A stretch of 64,000 nt of DNA from Candidatus Eiseniibacteriota bacterium (GTDB lineage: Bacteria > Eisenbacteria > RBG-16-71-46 > JABDJR01), in contig CAWANH010000029.1 of NCBI GenBank assembly GCA_963783375.1, positions 1,120,001 through 1,184,000 of the forward strand, written 5' to 3'. Shown here one piece after another: positions 1 to 8,288 of the stretch (its first letter is position 1; every line of letters begins with the position of its first letter). The notes under the pieces were generated by a model. That model did no database searches. It worked only from the letters and a program-made list of their open reading frames with translations, and was not told the DNA's origin. Position numbers and translations under genes: made by a program.

Positions 1-743
1 TGAACGGCGGCCTCTACGCCGACGCGGTCTACACCGCCGCCGCGGTCGCCGGGGGATGGCGGTTCACGAGCCCGGACGGGAAGATCGAGAAGACCCTCAC
101 CCTCCCCGACGGCGCTTACGATCTGACCGCCGACTACCTGGAGAGCGTCTCCGGCGATCTCTACGTCCGCTTCGGTCTCTCCCCCAATCCGATCGACCTC
201 GCCTTCCACGGCCGGGACCACCTGGTGTCGGAACTCGACGCCGCGGCCGGTACCTACGCCCTGGCCAACACCGCGGGAGGGGGGGCGGTGCTTCGGTTCA
301 GCGGGGCGGGGTGGAACCCGGTTCCCGCCGACGCCGGTTTCGAGCGACGGGCGCTGGCCCTCACCGAGGAGGCGGAGGTGTACGGCGACGGCGCATTCCG
401 GCTGGTGCTCACCCTGATCCCCGGAGAGACCTCGGTGACCGGAGTTCCCGGGCGCCCGGCCGATCCGGGCCTGCGTCTGACCGGTCCCTATCCCTCCCCC
501 GGCGCCGGGCCCGCGCGGCTCGCGTTCACCCTTCCCGAGGCGGCAACGGTGACGGTGACGGTGCTGGATGTCCGGGGCCGGCGGGTCGCGCGCCGGGACC
601 TCGGCCGCCGAGGGCCCGGCCGGGTGGAAGCGGTGCTGGATCCGGTGGACGCGTCGGGGGCCCGCTGGACCAGCGGCGTCTATTTCGTGCGGGTGGAAGC
701 CGGGGGGTTCCGCGCGGCCCGCAAGTGGGTGGTCGTGCGATAG
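1..743 (+). CDS. Partial (5'-truncated) secreted protein with C-terminal FlgD-Ig/T9SS-like sorting domain
   Basis: Frame is open from nt 3 to TAG at 743. C-terminus PYPSP...VTVLDVRGRRV...SGVYFVRV...RKWVVVR matches the FlgD-Ig/Por-type tail. Confidence 0.8.
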   Translation, partial: NGGLYADAVYTAAAVAGGWRFTSPDGKIEKTLTLPDGAYDLTADYLESVSGDLYVRFGLSPNPIDLAFHGRDHLVSELDAAAGTYALANTAGGGAVLRFSGAGWNPVPADAGFERRALALTEEAEVYGDGAFRLVLTLIPGETSVTGVPGRPADPGLRLTGPYPSPGAGPARLAFTLPEAATVTVTVLDVRGRRVARRDLGRRGPGRVEAVLDPVDASGARWTSGVYFVRVEAGGFRAARKWVVVR

Positions 744-835
744 CGCTCCGTGAGCGGCGCGGCGGCCCCGGCCTCGCCGCGTGGATCGCCGCGTCCGCGG
801 GCGCGTGCTAGCCTTCCCACCCGAGGAGGCTCCCC

Positions 836-2812
836 GTGAACCGCATACCCCCGACCCCGAAGCCCGAAGACGTTCCCGGACCGGAGCCCCTGGTGATGGG
901 TCTTGCCGGCTCCCCCCGCCCGGACATCCTGCGTTTTCTCATGGTACAGAAGGCCTGGGCTCCGTCGCTCTTCCCCAGCGGCTCCCACCTGGCGTTCCGT
1001 AGCGACCGGAGCGGCCGCCCCCAGCTCTGGGTGGTGGATACCCGCGGGGGTTGGCCGTCCCAGCTCACCTTCGGGGAGTCGGTGACCGGGCACGCCTGGT
1101 CTCCCGACGGCGCGTGGATCCTCTACGCCTCGGACCGGGGCGGGAACGAGCGGGAGGGCTACATCCTGATCACCCCGGACGGTGTCCGGGAGCGGGAGCT
1201 TCTCCCCCCGTCCGGCGCCTTCCGGGTCTTCGGCGGCTTCTCCCCCGACGGACGCCGGATCGCCTACGCCGAGTGCCCGCCGGAGAGCGCAGCGTTCGAC
1301 ATCCACGTCCTGGACGTGGAGAGCGGAACCGACCGGGTGGTCCTGGCCGGAAGGATGGGGCTCTACGTGGCGGCGTGGCGACCCGACGGCGGGGCGCTCG
1401 TCCTCACCCAGACCCGGGGGGAGGACGCCCAGGACGTCTTCCTGCTCGATCTCGGGACGGGCGGGCTCCGGACCCTGTTCCAACCCGACGAGCCGTCGCG
1501 CCACGATCACATCTCCTGGCTCCCCGACGGAAGCGGCTTCTACCTGGTCACCGACCAGGGGCGCGACCTCGCCGGCCTCGCGTTCTCCCGCCCGGACGGC
1601 GGGGCGCTCGAGTGGGTGGAGACCCCCGCTAACGACGTGGACGCCGCCGAGGTGACCCGCGACGGCCGCTACCTGGCCTGGACGGTGAACGAAGGGGGCT
1701 ACTCGCGCCTGGCGGTCCGGGACCTGGCGGAGAAGCGGAACATCGAGGTTCCTCCGCTCCCGGCCGGGGTCCTGAGCTTCACCTGCGCGGAGCGAGCGCC
1801 CGAGCTGGCGATCGCGGTGACCGGGCCGCGGATTCCCGGGGACATCTGGACCTGGAACCTCGCCACCGGGGCGTTCGGGCGGGCCACCCACTCCTCCCTG
1901 GCCGGCCTGGATCCGGAGCGGATGGCGGTCCCGGAGCACGTGAGCTTTCCCGCCCGGGACGGGGTCACCCTTCATGGGCTCCTCTACCTTCCCGGAGAGG
2001 CGGGTTCGGGGGGGAACGGCCCCGATCCGGCCGGGATCCAGTCGATCTCCGCCGAGGCCTCGGCGGGCGCGCGCCGGGGCCCGGGGAAGCCGCCGGTGCT
2101 CCTGGCCGTGCACGGCGGCCCCACCGCCCAGGCCCGGCCCGTATTCAACCCCGTCCACCAGTATCTCCTGGCCCGGGGGATCGCGGTCCTGGATCTCAAC
2201 TTTCGGGGCTCGACGGGATACGGGAAGGAGTTCGCGCGGCTCGACAACCTCCGTCGGCGGCCCGACGCGGTGCGGGACATGGAGGACGCCCTGGGCTGGT
2301 TGGCCGGGGACGGTCGCACCGACGCCTCGCGCGTCGCGGTCATGGGCGGATCCTACGGCGGGTTCATGACCATGGCCGCCCTTACCACCTTCCCCGGCCG
2401 GTTCAAGGCCGGGGTGGCGATCGTGGGCGTGTCCAACTGGATCACCGCCCTCGAGGGGGCCTCGCCGCAGCTCAGGGCGGGCGACCGGCTGGAGTACGGG
2501 GACGTCGACGACCCCGACGACCGCGCGTTCCTCGTGGAGCTTTCCCCGATCACCCACGTGGGGCGGGTGCGGGATCCGGTCATGGTGCTCCACGGGGCCA
2601 ACGATCCGCGCGATCCGGTGACGGAGTCCGACCAGTTCGTGCGGGGGGTCCGGGAGCACGGCGGCGAGGTGGAATACCTGCGATTCCCCGACGAGGGCCA
2701 CGGAGTCCGGAAGCTCCCGAACCGGGTCATCGCGTATCGGCGGGTCGCCCGGTTTCTGGAGCGGTGCCTGGGGTTGGAGGACGAAGGGCCCGGGTCAGGA
2801 TCTCCGGTATAG
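836..2812 (+). CDS. S9 family (acylaminoacyl/prolyl oligo) peptidase with N-terminal beta-propeller
   Basis: GAGGAGG RBS before GTG; PD40-like WSPDG repeats; VHGGP, nucleophile GGSYGG, HGAND and DEGHG catalytic motifs. Confidence 0.93.
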   Translation: MNRIPPTPKPEDVPGPEPLVMGLAGSPRPDILRFLMVQKAWAPSLFPSGSHLAFRSDRSGRPQLWVVDTRGGWPSQLTFGESVTGHAWSPDGAWILYASDRGGNEREGYILITPDGVRERELLPPSGAFRVFGGFSPDGRRIAYAECPPESAAFDIHVLDVESGTDRVVLAGRMGLYVAAWRPDGGALVLTQTRGEDAQDVFLLDLGTGGLRTLFQPDEPSRHDHISWLPDGSGFYLVTDQGRDLAGLAFSRPDGGALEWVETPANDVDAAEVTRDGRYLAWTVNEGGYSRLAVRDLAEKRNIEVPPLPAGVLSFTCAERAPELAIAVTGPRIPGDIWTWNLATGAFGRATHSSLAGLDPERMAVPEHVSFPARDGVTLHGLLYLPGEAGSGGNGPDPAGIQSISAEASAGARRGPGKPPVLLAVHGGPTAQARPVFNPVHQYLLARGIAVLDLNFRGSTGYGKEFARLDNLRRRPDAVRDMEDALGWLAGDGRTDASRVAVMGGSYGGFMTMAALTTFPGRFKAGVAIVGVSNWITALEGASPQLRAGDRLEYGDVDDPDDRAFLVELSPITHVGRVRDPVMVLHGANDPRDPVTESDQFVRGVREHGGEVEYLRFPDEGHGVRKLPNRVIAYRRVARFLERCLGLEDEGPGSGSPV

Positions 2813-2830
2813 GACTTTTTCCTACCCAAA

Positions 2831-3035
2831 GTCATCGTGTTCGCCCTATTGCCCCCTGGGTCAGGACGGCCTAGATTCCCGCTGTAGGCGGGGATACGGA
2901 GGGACCTGTCCCTCACGGCACCGAGGTTGGTCCGTCACCCCGCCTTACCGAAATGGCGGGCGGCGCACGTCTGCGATCCAATAGGCCAAGTAATCGGGGC
3001 ATTGCGTTCCTCGGCTACGGACCTTCACGATCGCC
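2831..3035. ncRNA. Candidate structured RNA (multibranch fold with two potential pseudoknot helices), family unknown
   Basis: Nine complementary pairings found by eye, e.g. 2834-39/3026-31, 2850-55/2996-3001, 2868-73/2982-87, 2921-26/3009-14, 2929-35/3017-23; no credible ORF. Confidence 0.45.
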
Positions 3036-3138
3036 GGGCGTTTGCCCGCCGTGTTTTGCTCGAGGGCTCCGCTCCGGCCTTTCCCCCGGCTAGGGACGGC
3101 AGGGTGTTCCTCCCATCCCGGTTGTTGGTCCCCGGGCT

Positions 3139-3170
3139 CCGGCCCCCGTCCACCGGCGGGGGCCGGTTTT
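3139..3170 (+). terminator. Intrinsic terminator
   Basis: CCGGCCCCCG-N8-CGGGGGCCGG followed by TTTT. Confidence 0.7.
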
Positions 3171-3358
3171 CGTCCCCCCGAGACCCGAGTGATCCCTTCC
3201 TCCCGTGTGACCCATCACTTTCCCCGCGCATCCTTCCTCGGGCGCGTCGAGCGGAGCTATGCTCCACAGGCCCGCCACGGCCCGGGGCGATGAGGAACCG
3301 GCTCCGGCCGGGGCCATGGTCCGGCGGAAGCGGTTCTAGGAACCAGGAGGATCAGTCC

Positions 3359-4132
3359 ATGAGGAAGTTCACGGCGATGGGAATGGCCCTGGCGGTATCG
3401 GCGATCCTGGCGGCGCCGGCGGGGGCGGTCCCCACCGAGGTCACGGTGCGGGTCCTGGCCAAAGGGGCCAAGTTCGTGGGCACGTCGATGGGCGGCGTCC
3501 GGATCACCCTGCGGGATGTGGATACCGGCGAGCTGCTCGCCTCGGGGATCACCGCGGGGAGCACGGGGGACACCAAGCGGATCATGGTGGAGCCGCGCGA
3601 ACCCGGCGCCTCCTACTCCACCGAGGGCTCGGCGGCCTACACCGCGACGATCGACCTCACCCGGCCGCGCCTGATCGAGGTGAGCGCCTTTGGTCCCCTC
3701 GGCCAGCGCCAGGCCGCCAACCGGGTCTCGACCACCCAGTGGGTGATCCCGGGGAAACCCATCACCGGCGGCGACGGGGTCCTTCTCCGGCTCCCGGGTT
3801 TCGCGGTGGACGTTCTCGCCCCCCCATCCCACGTTCGCTTCAAGGACCTTCCTCAAGAGGTGGAGCTCCGGGCCAACGTCACCATGATGTGCGGCTGCCC
3901 GGTCACTCCCGGGGGGCTCTGGGACGCGGACACGTTCGAAGTCGGTGCGCTCCTCATGAAGGACGGGAAGCAGGTCGGCCAGATGACCCTCGAATACGCC
4001 GGGTCGGCCAGCCAGTTCGAGGGCACCTGGAAGGTGGACTCCCCGGGAACCTACGAGGCGGTGGTCTACGCCTATGACCCCGCCGACGGAAACACCGGCC
4101 TGGACCGGACGACCTTCAGGGTCGGGGAATAG
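3359..4132 (+). CDS. Secreted hypothetical protein with MMCGCP motif
   Basis: GGAGG RBS then ATG at 3359; Sec signal peptide MRKF...APAGA; beta-rich mature part. Confidence 0.8.
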   Translation: MRKFTAMGMALAVSAILAAPAGAVPTEVTVRVLAKGAKFVGTSMGGVRITLRDVDTGELLASGITAGSTGDTKRIMVEPREPGASYSTEGSAAYTATIDLTRPRLIEVSAFGPLGQRQAANRVSTTQWVIPGKPITGGDGVLLRLPGFAVDVLAPPSHVRFKDLPQEVELRANVTMMCGCPVTPGGLWDADTFEVGALLMKDGKQVGQMTLEYAGSASQFEGTWKVDSPGTYEAVVYAYDPADGNTGLDRTTFRVGE

Positions 4133-4247
4133 AGGGGCGCACCCCGGCGGAGAGCCGCGGTCCGATGAACGGGGAACGGCCGGAGGCGCGGGGCCCCCGG
4201 CCGTCTTGCCGCCAGGCTGACCTATTCACGAACCTGCGGCGGCGGGA

Positions 4248-4664
4248 TCAATCCTTGGCGTGAATGAGCGGGCACTCGAACCGCTTGACCACCTCGCCGA
4301 TCGAGATGTCGCCGGCCTGGGCCGCGGCCTCGATCTGCTCGGCGTTGGTGAACTGGGTCATGGGGATGTTTTCCCAGGTGATCGGGCGGACTTCCCACCG
4401 CCCACCGCGCCAGTCCCGGTCGCCGGGGGCCGATTCGGACACGTTGGCGAGGGTCCCGCCCAGCACGTAGATGGTGTTGAATTTGCCGTGGTTGGGGAGG
4501 GTGGCCGGAGTGCCGACGGTGCGGTAGGCAACGTCGTGGGCGTAGATCTTGCCGCCGGGAGGACCGACCGGGCCCTTGCCGTTGTTGGCGAAGGCGGGAG
4601 CGGCGGCGAGGGCGGCCACCGCGATCAACATCAGGAAAGCGGACAAGGACTTGGAAAAGCGCAT
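4248..4664 (-). CDS. Small secreted hypothetical protein
   Basis: AAGGAG RBS; signal peptide ending APAFA; GC3-biased codons. Confidence 0.78.
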   Translation of the reverse strand: MRFSKSLSAFLMLIAVAALAAAPAFANNGKGPVGPPGGKIYAHDVAYRTVGTPATLPNHGKFNTIYVLGGTLANVSESAPGDRDWRGGRWEVRPITWENIPMTQFTNAEQIEAAAQAGDISIGEVVKRFECPLIHAKD

Positions 4665-4998
4665 GGGTCTCTCCTTGATTTGAGCGTTTGATGTCGGAGC
4701 GTCGGGCGCCTGGGCCTCGCTGCCGGGCGCCCAGCCGCACCGGGTGGACGGCGCCGTTCGAGGGGGCCCGTCCGTGCCGACCCGGGGAGGCGGGACCAGG
4801 CCGGGGGAATGGCCCGGGTACCTCCTCGGAGAAGAACGGCTTCATGCCCACGTACCCCGTCACGCGGTGGGGTGTGACTCACTTTTTCGGGGGCGTCAGC
4901 GAAGCGATCCGGGGAGACCGGCGTCCGAGGGGGGGAGTAGGCTACAGGTCCGGCGCGCGACTATCGCGGGAGTGACGGGGCGCGACCCGAGGACCGGA

Positions 4999-5016
4999 AG
5001 TTCACCCGGGTGAACT
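4999..5016. repeat. Perfect 18-bp palindrome
   Basis: AGTTCACCC|GGGTGAACT, located just past the distal end of the tRNA-Ser(GCT) repeat array. Confidence 0.85.
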
Positions 5017-5050
5017 CGGCACCCGGGGTCCCATCTTCACAGCTCAATCG

Positions 5051-5359
<309 letters not shown>

Positions 5360-5398
5360 GCAAGGCGTACAGCTGTGCATCCCGCAATCGGGTCACGG

Positions 5399-5428
5399 AG
5401 GGTACCACAGCCCAGAAGGAGCCCGCAA
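5399..5428 (-). promoter_or_regulatory. Putative sigma-70 promoter of tRNA-Ser(GCT)
   Basis: Minus strand TTGCGG-N18-TACCCT with extended TG, ~40 nt upstream of the tRNA. Confidence 0.4.
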
Positions 5429-5460
5429 TGAAGGTCGGCGTGGGTTCGCCGGGGCCGGGA

Positions 5461-5808
5461 TCAGGCCGGGATCGGCTCGGTCATCTCTCCCGAGGGGTGG
5501 TAGGTGCGATCGAAGATGATCACCTCCCGCTTCTCATCCTCCACCATCATCCGGATCCAGTGCTTGGTGCCTCGGGGAATATTGGCGAGCCGCTCGCTCA
5601 AATCGTCGCTGGCCTCGAACTCGTCCATCGGAATCCATGCCCCCCAGAGCTCCTGGGAGGTGTGTATGTGCGCCGTGGCGCGACACTGCTCCATGAGCGC
5701 CTGCAATCCCGCGAACATGGTCTGGCAATCATCCGATTGGATGCAGGCGGTAAAGTTGGCATCGAACACGCAACCGCTGAACTCGCAGAACTTGTTCTCC
5801 CTGACCAT
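5461..5808 (-). CDS. Small Cys-containing hypothetical protein (~115 aa) between the two tRNA arrays
   Basis: GGGAG upstream of ATG (MVRENKFCEFSGC...); protein-like composition unlike the shadow ORFs. Confidence 0.65.
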   Translation of the reverse strand: MVRENKFCEFSGCVFDANFTACIQSDDCQTMFAGLQALMEQCRATAHIHTSQELWGAWIPMDEFEASDDLSERLANIPRGTKHWIRMMVEDEKREVIIFDRTYHPSGEMTEPIPA

Positions 5809-6082
5809 CCTGCTCTCCCTCCCGTCCGAGTCCCCGTTGACCGCCTTCCACCGGATAGACTTCTCCCCTCTTCGGGAAATGGGATCCCGCGGGGGTACTC
5901 CACTGAGCTCAAGTTTGGGGGCCACCTACCTTATCTGATGGGGATTTTCGTCCTGACCGACAAGCGATTCCAGAACCTTATCTGGATACTAGCTATTCAA
6001 ATTCGGCATCAATATAGGGTGTGGGCTTCCTGTGCCGCCCTGAGGCCCCATGCTGTTCGCCAAGCCGCCCCTGGGAGCCTTC

Positions 6083-6493
6083 CGGCGGAGGGAGTGGGAT
6101 GGTCGTCCTCAAGCGCCCGTCTCACCCGGCCACCTCCGCCCAACGATCGCCTGCGGAGCTTTCTGGCGGAGGGAGTGGGATGGTCGTCCTCCTCGCCGCC
6201 GCTCGTCGTACGACGTCCCCGAGCGCCCGGCTCTCACGACAACCTCCGCCCAACGATCGCCTGCGGAGCTTTCTGGCGGAGGGAGTGGGATGGTCGTCCT
6301 CCTCGCCGCCGCTCGTCGTACGACGTCCCCGAGCGCCCGGCTCTCACGACAACCTCCGCCCAACGATCGCCTGCGGAGCTTTCTGGCGGAGGGAGTGGGA
6401 TGGTCGTCCTCCTCGCCGCCGCTCGTCGTACGACGTCCCCGAGCGCCCGGCTCTCACGACAACCTCCGCCCAACGATCGCCTGCGGAGCTTTC
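6083..6493 (-). repeat. tRNA-linked tandem repeat array: 3 identical 110-bp units plus a degenerate 81-bp distal unit, each ending in the last ~18 nt of tRNA-Ser(TGA)
   Basis: TGGCGGAGGGAGTGGGAT at 6164, 6274, 6384 and 6494 (the tRNA); decayed copy at 6083 with an internal deletion. Confidence 0.95.
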
Positions 6494-6581
6494 TGGCGGA
6501 GGGAGTGGGATTCGAACCCACGGAGCCTTTCGGCTCATCGGTTTTCAAGACCGACGCCTTCGACCGCTCGGCCATCCCTCC
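6494..6581 (-). tRNA. tRNA-Ser(TGA)
   Basis: Acceptor GGAGGGA/TCCCTCC-G-CCA; anticodon arm TCGGT-CT-TGA-AA-ACCGA; variable arm GAGCC-GAAA-GGCTC; T-arm GTGGGTTCGAATCCCAC. Confidence 0.97.
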
Positions 6582-6784
6582 TCCGGCGGCGGACCGCACC
6601 GGGCGGGAGTCTACCGGAAGGCCCGCTGTCCCGTCTCCGGGTAGGCCGCACCGCCAATGGAGGAGCGCCGGCGGGCCGGACCGCTGTGGTAGACTCCCCC
6701 GCTCGATACGAAGCCTGGAGCTGGGCCCTTTCCGAAAGGTAAATCGCAAGGCCTCGCAAGCACGCCCGCGGCCGCCCTGAGCGC

Positions 6785-8089
6785 ATGAAGGTGAACGCAA
6801 CGCTACCCCCACGATCCTTCAGGACACCCCTCTCCCGGCGTCGCAAGGCTGCCTACGCCGCGGGCACCCTGCTCCTCTTCCTCCTCGCCACCGAGGGGAT
6901 CTGCCGGATCGTGGTGGCGGTGGGCCTGGCCCCCGACCCCCGCGCCGAGACGCTCCGGACGGTCTGGGCGTCGGGAGGCTGGAGCGTCGATCCCCTGCTC
7001 GGCTGGGGCCTTCTTCCCGACCGCGTTTCCGACCAGGGCGGAGCCCGCTGCGAGGCGAACTCGCTCGGGTTGCGGGACGAGGAGATCCCCGTCGAGAGGC
7101 CCGAAGGAGAGATCCGGCTCCTCACCATCGGCGACTCCACGGTGCTCGGATTCGGCGTCGAAGCCGGCCGCACCTTCAGCCAGCTGCTCGAGAAGGACCT
7201 CCGGCAGAAGGTCCGGGCCCGGTTCCAGGTTGTCAACGCCGGCATCCCCGGCTACACAAGCTGCCAATCGCTCCTCTACCTGGAGCACCGCGGACTCCGA
7301 CTCGGCCCGAGCGTGGTGATCGTGGAGACGAACTTCAACGATCGTCGCGCCGTCTTCCCGGACGGCGCCCCCGATTCCGAGGCTCACTTCCGCTCCACCT
7401 ACCGGAAGATCCGCCGGCGGGAGTTCCTGAACCGGAGCACCGCCTACGGTCTCTTCCAGAACCTCCTGCTCTCCGCGGGCGACGTCCTGAGCCGCGGGTA
7501 CGCCGACTACCGCCGGATTTCCCTGGATGCCCCTCCCCGGGTGTCCCTGAGCGCCTACGAGGCGAACATGCGCGAGATCGTCCTCCTATCCCGGAACGCA
7601 GGCGCCTCGGTGATCTTCGTTGGCCTGCCGGACTGGCCAGCGGAGAGCCGGCCGGTGAGGACCGACTCGGCGCTGGTGGCCCGGGAAGACTGGACGGAGG
7701 CGGAACGGCGTCTCCACGCCGATCTCGAGATCTACAAGGTCCAGGCCATCATGCTGCAACGACTCCTGAACGAGGTCTACGACGCCACCGGACGCTCGGC
7801 CGAGTCCAAGCCCACGGTCGAGGTCTCGCTCTCGGGATGGCGGAGCACGGACGGCTACACCCCGGTGTGCCTGAGCGACCCGTACATCGACAAGCTGAAG
7901 GAGCTGGGGAGAGAACTCGACGTGCCGGTGATCGTCCCCACCGCCCCTCCCGACGGCGAGAACATCTACATGGACTACATCCATCTGAACCCCGCCGGGC
8001 ACCGGCTCCTCGCCGACCGGCTTCTAGAAACCGTGGTCGGTCTCCCCCCCTTCGAATCTCCGCCGGCGGTGAGGCCGCCCGGGCAATAA
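6785..8089 (+). CDS. Membrane-anchored SGNH/GDSL hydrolase family protein
   Basis: N-terminal TM; blocks IGDS, NAGIPGY, NFND and DYIH. Confidence 0.88.
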   Translation: MKVNATLPPRSFRTPLSRRRKAAYAAGTLLLFLLATEGICRIVVAVGLAPDPRAETLRTVWASGGWSVDPLLGWGLLPDRVSDQGGARCEANSLGLRDEEIPVERPEGEIRLLTIGDSTVLGFGVEAGRTFSQLLEKDLRQKVRARFQVVNAGIPGYTSCQSLLYLEHRGLRLGPSVVIVETNFNDRRAVFPDGAPDSEAHFRSTYRKIRRREFLNRSTAYGLFQNLLLSAGDVLSRGYADYRRISLDAPPRVSLSAYEANMREIVLLSRNAGASVIFVGLPDWPAESRPVRTDSALVAREDWTEAERRLHADLEIYKVQAIMLQRLLNEVYDATGRSAESKPTVEVSLSGWRSTDGYTPVCLSDPYIDKLKELGRELDVPVIVPTAPPDGENIYMDYIHLNPAGHRLLADRLLETVVGLPPFESPPAVRPPGQ

Positions 8090-8155
8090 GACGGCCCTCC
8101 CGGTCCCTTACGGCCAGGCGGCGGCCGCCCCGCCCCGCCGCCGGGCTGAATCCCT

Positions 8156-8185
8156 TTGAATCCCCGACGCCGCAAGTGATAGACT
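8156..8185 (+). promoter_or_regulatory. Putative sigma-70 promoter for the carbamoyltransferase operon
   Basis: TTGAAT-N18-TAGACT with TGn extension. Confidence 0.5.
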
Positions 8186-8288
8186 CCTGGGGCTTTTCGG
8201 CGTCCGGGCCTGTCCCGCCGCCTCCTCGCTTCCGCGGGACCCCACGAGGACCTTCACCCCTCCCGACCGGAGGGAGATCCGGTAATCC

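Noticed and set aside
2811-3170. RNase P, tmRNA, SRP, fluoride, c-di-GMP or cobalamin riboswitch
   Set aside because: Only partial words resemble these (GGAAAAAGTCC, GTGTTCGCC, GGTCAGG); the required conserved cores are absent.
2927-3358. N-terminal extension of ORF 2927-4132
   Set aside because: It runs through the structured RNA and terminator; a strong RBS and signal peptide define the start at 3359.
3205-4887. CRP/FNR-like sites GTGTGAC..TCACTTT near 3205 and 4872
   Set aside because: Half-site spacing (4 and 1 nt) is inconsistent with the 6-nt spacing and differs between the two sites.
5360-6082. Prophage or genomic island bounded by tRNA att sites
   Set aside because: No integrase or phage genes, and the flanking repeats belong to two different tRNAs.
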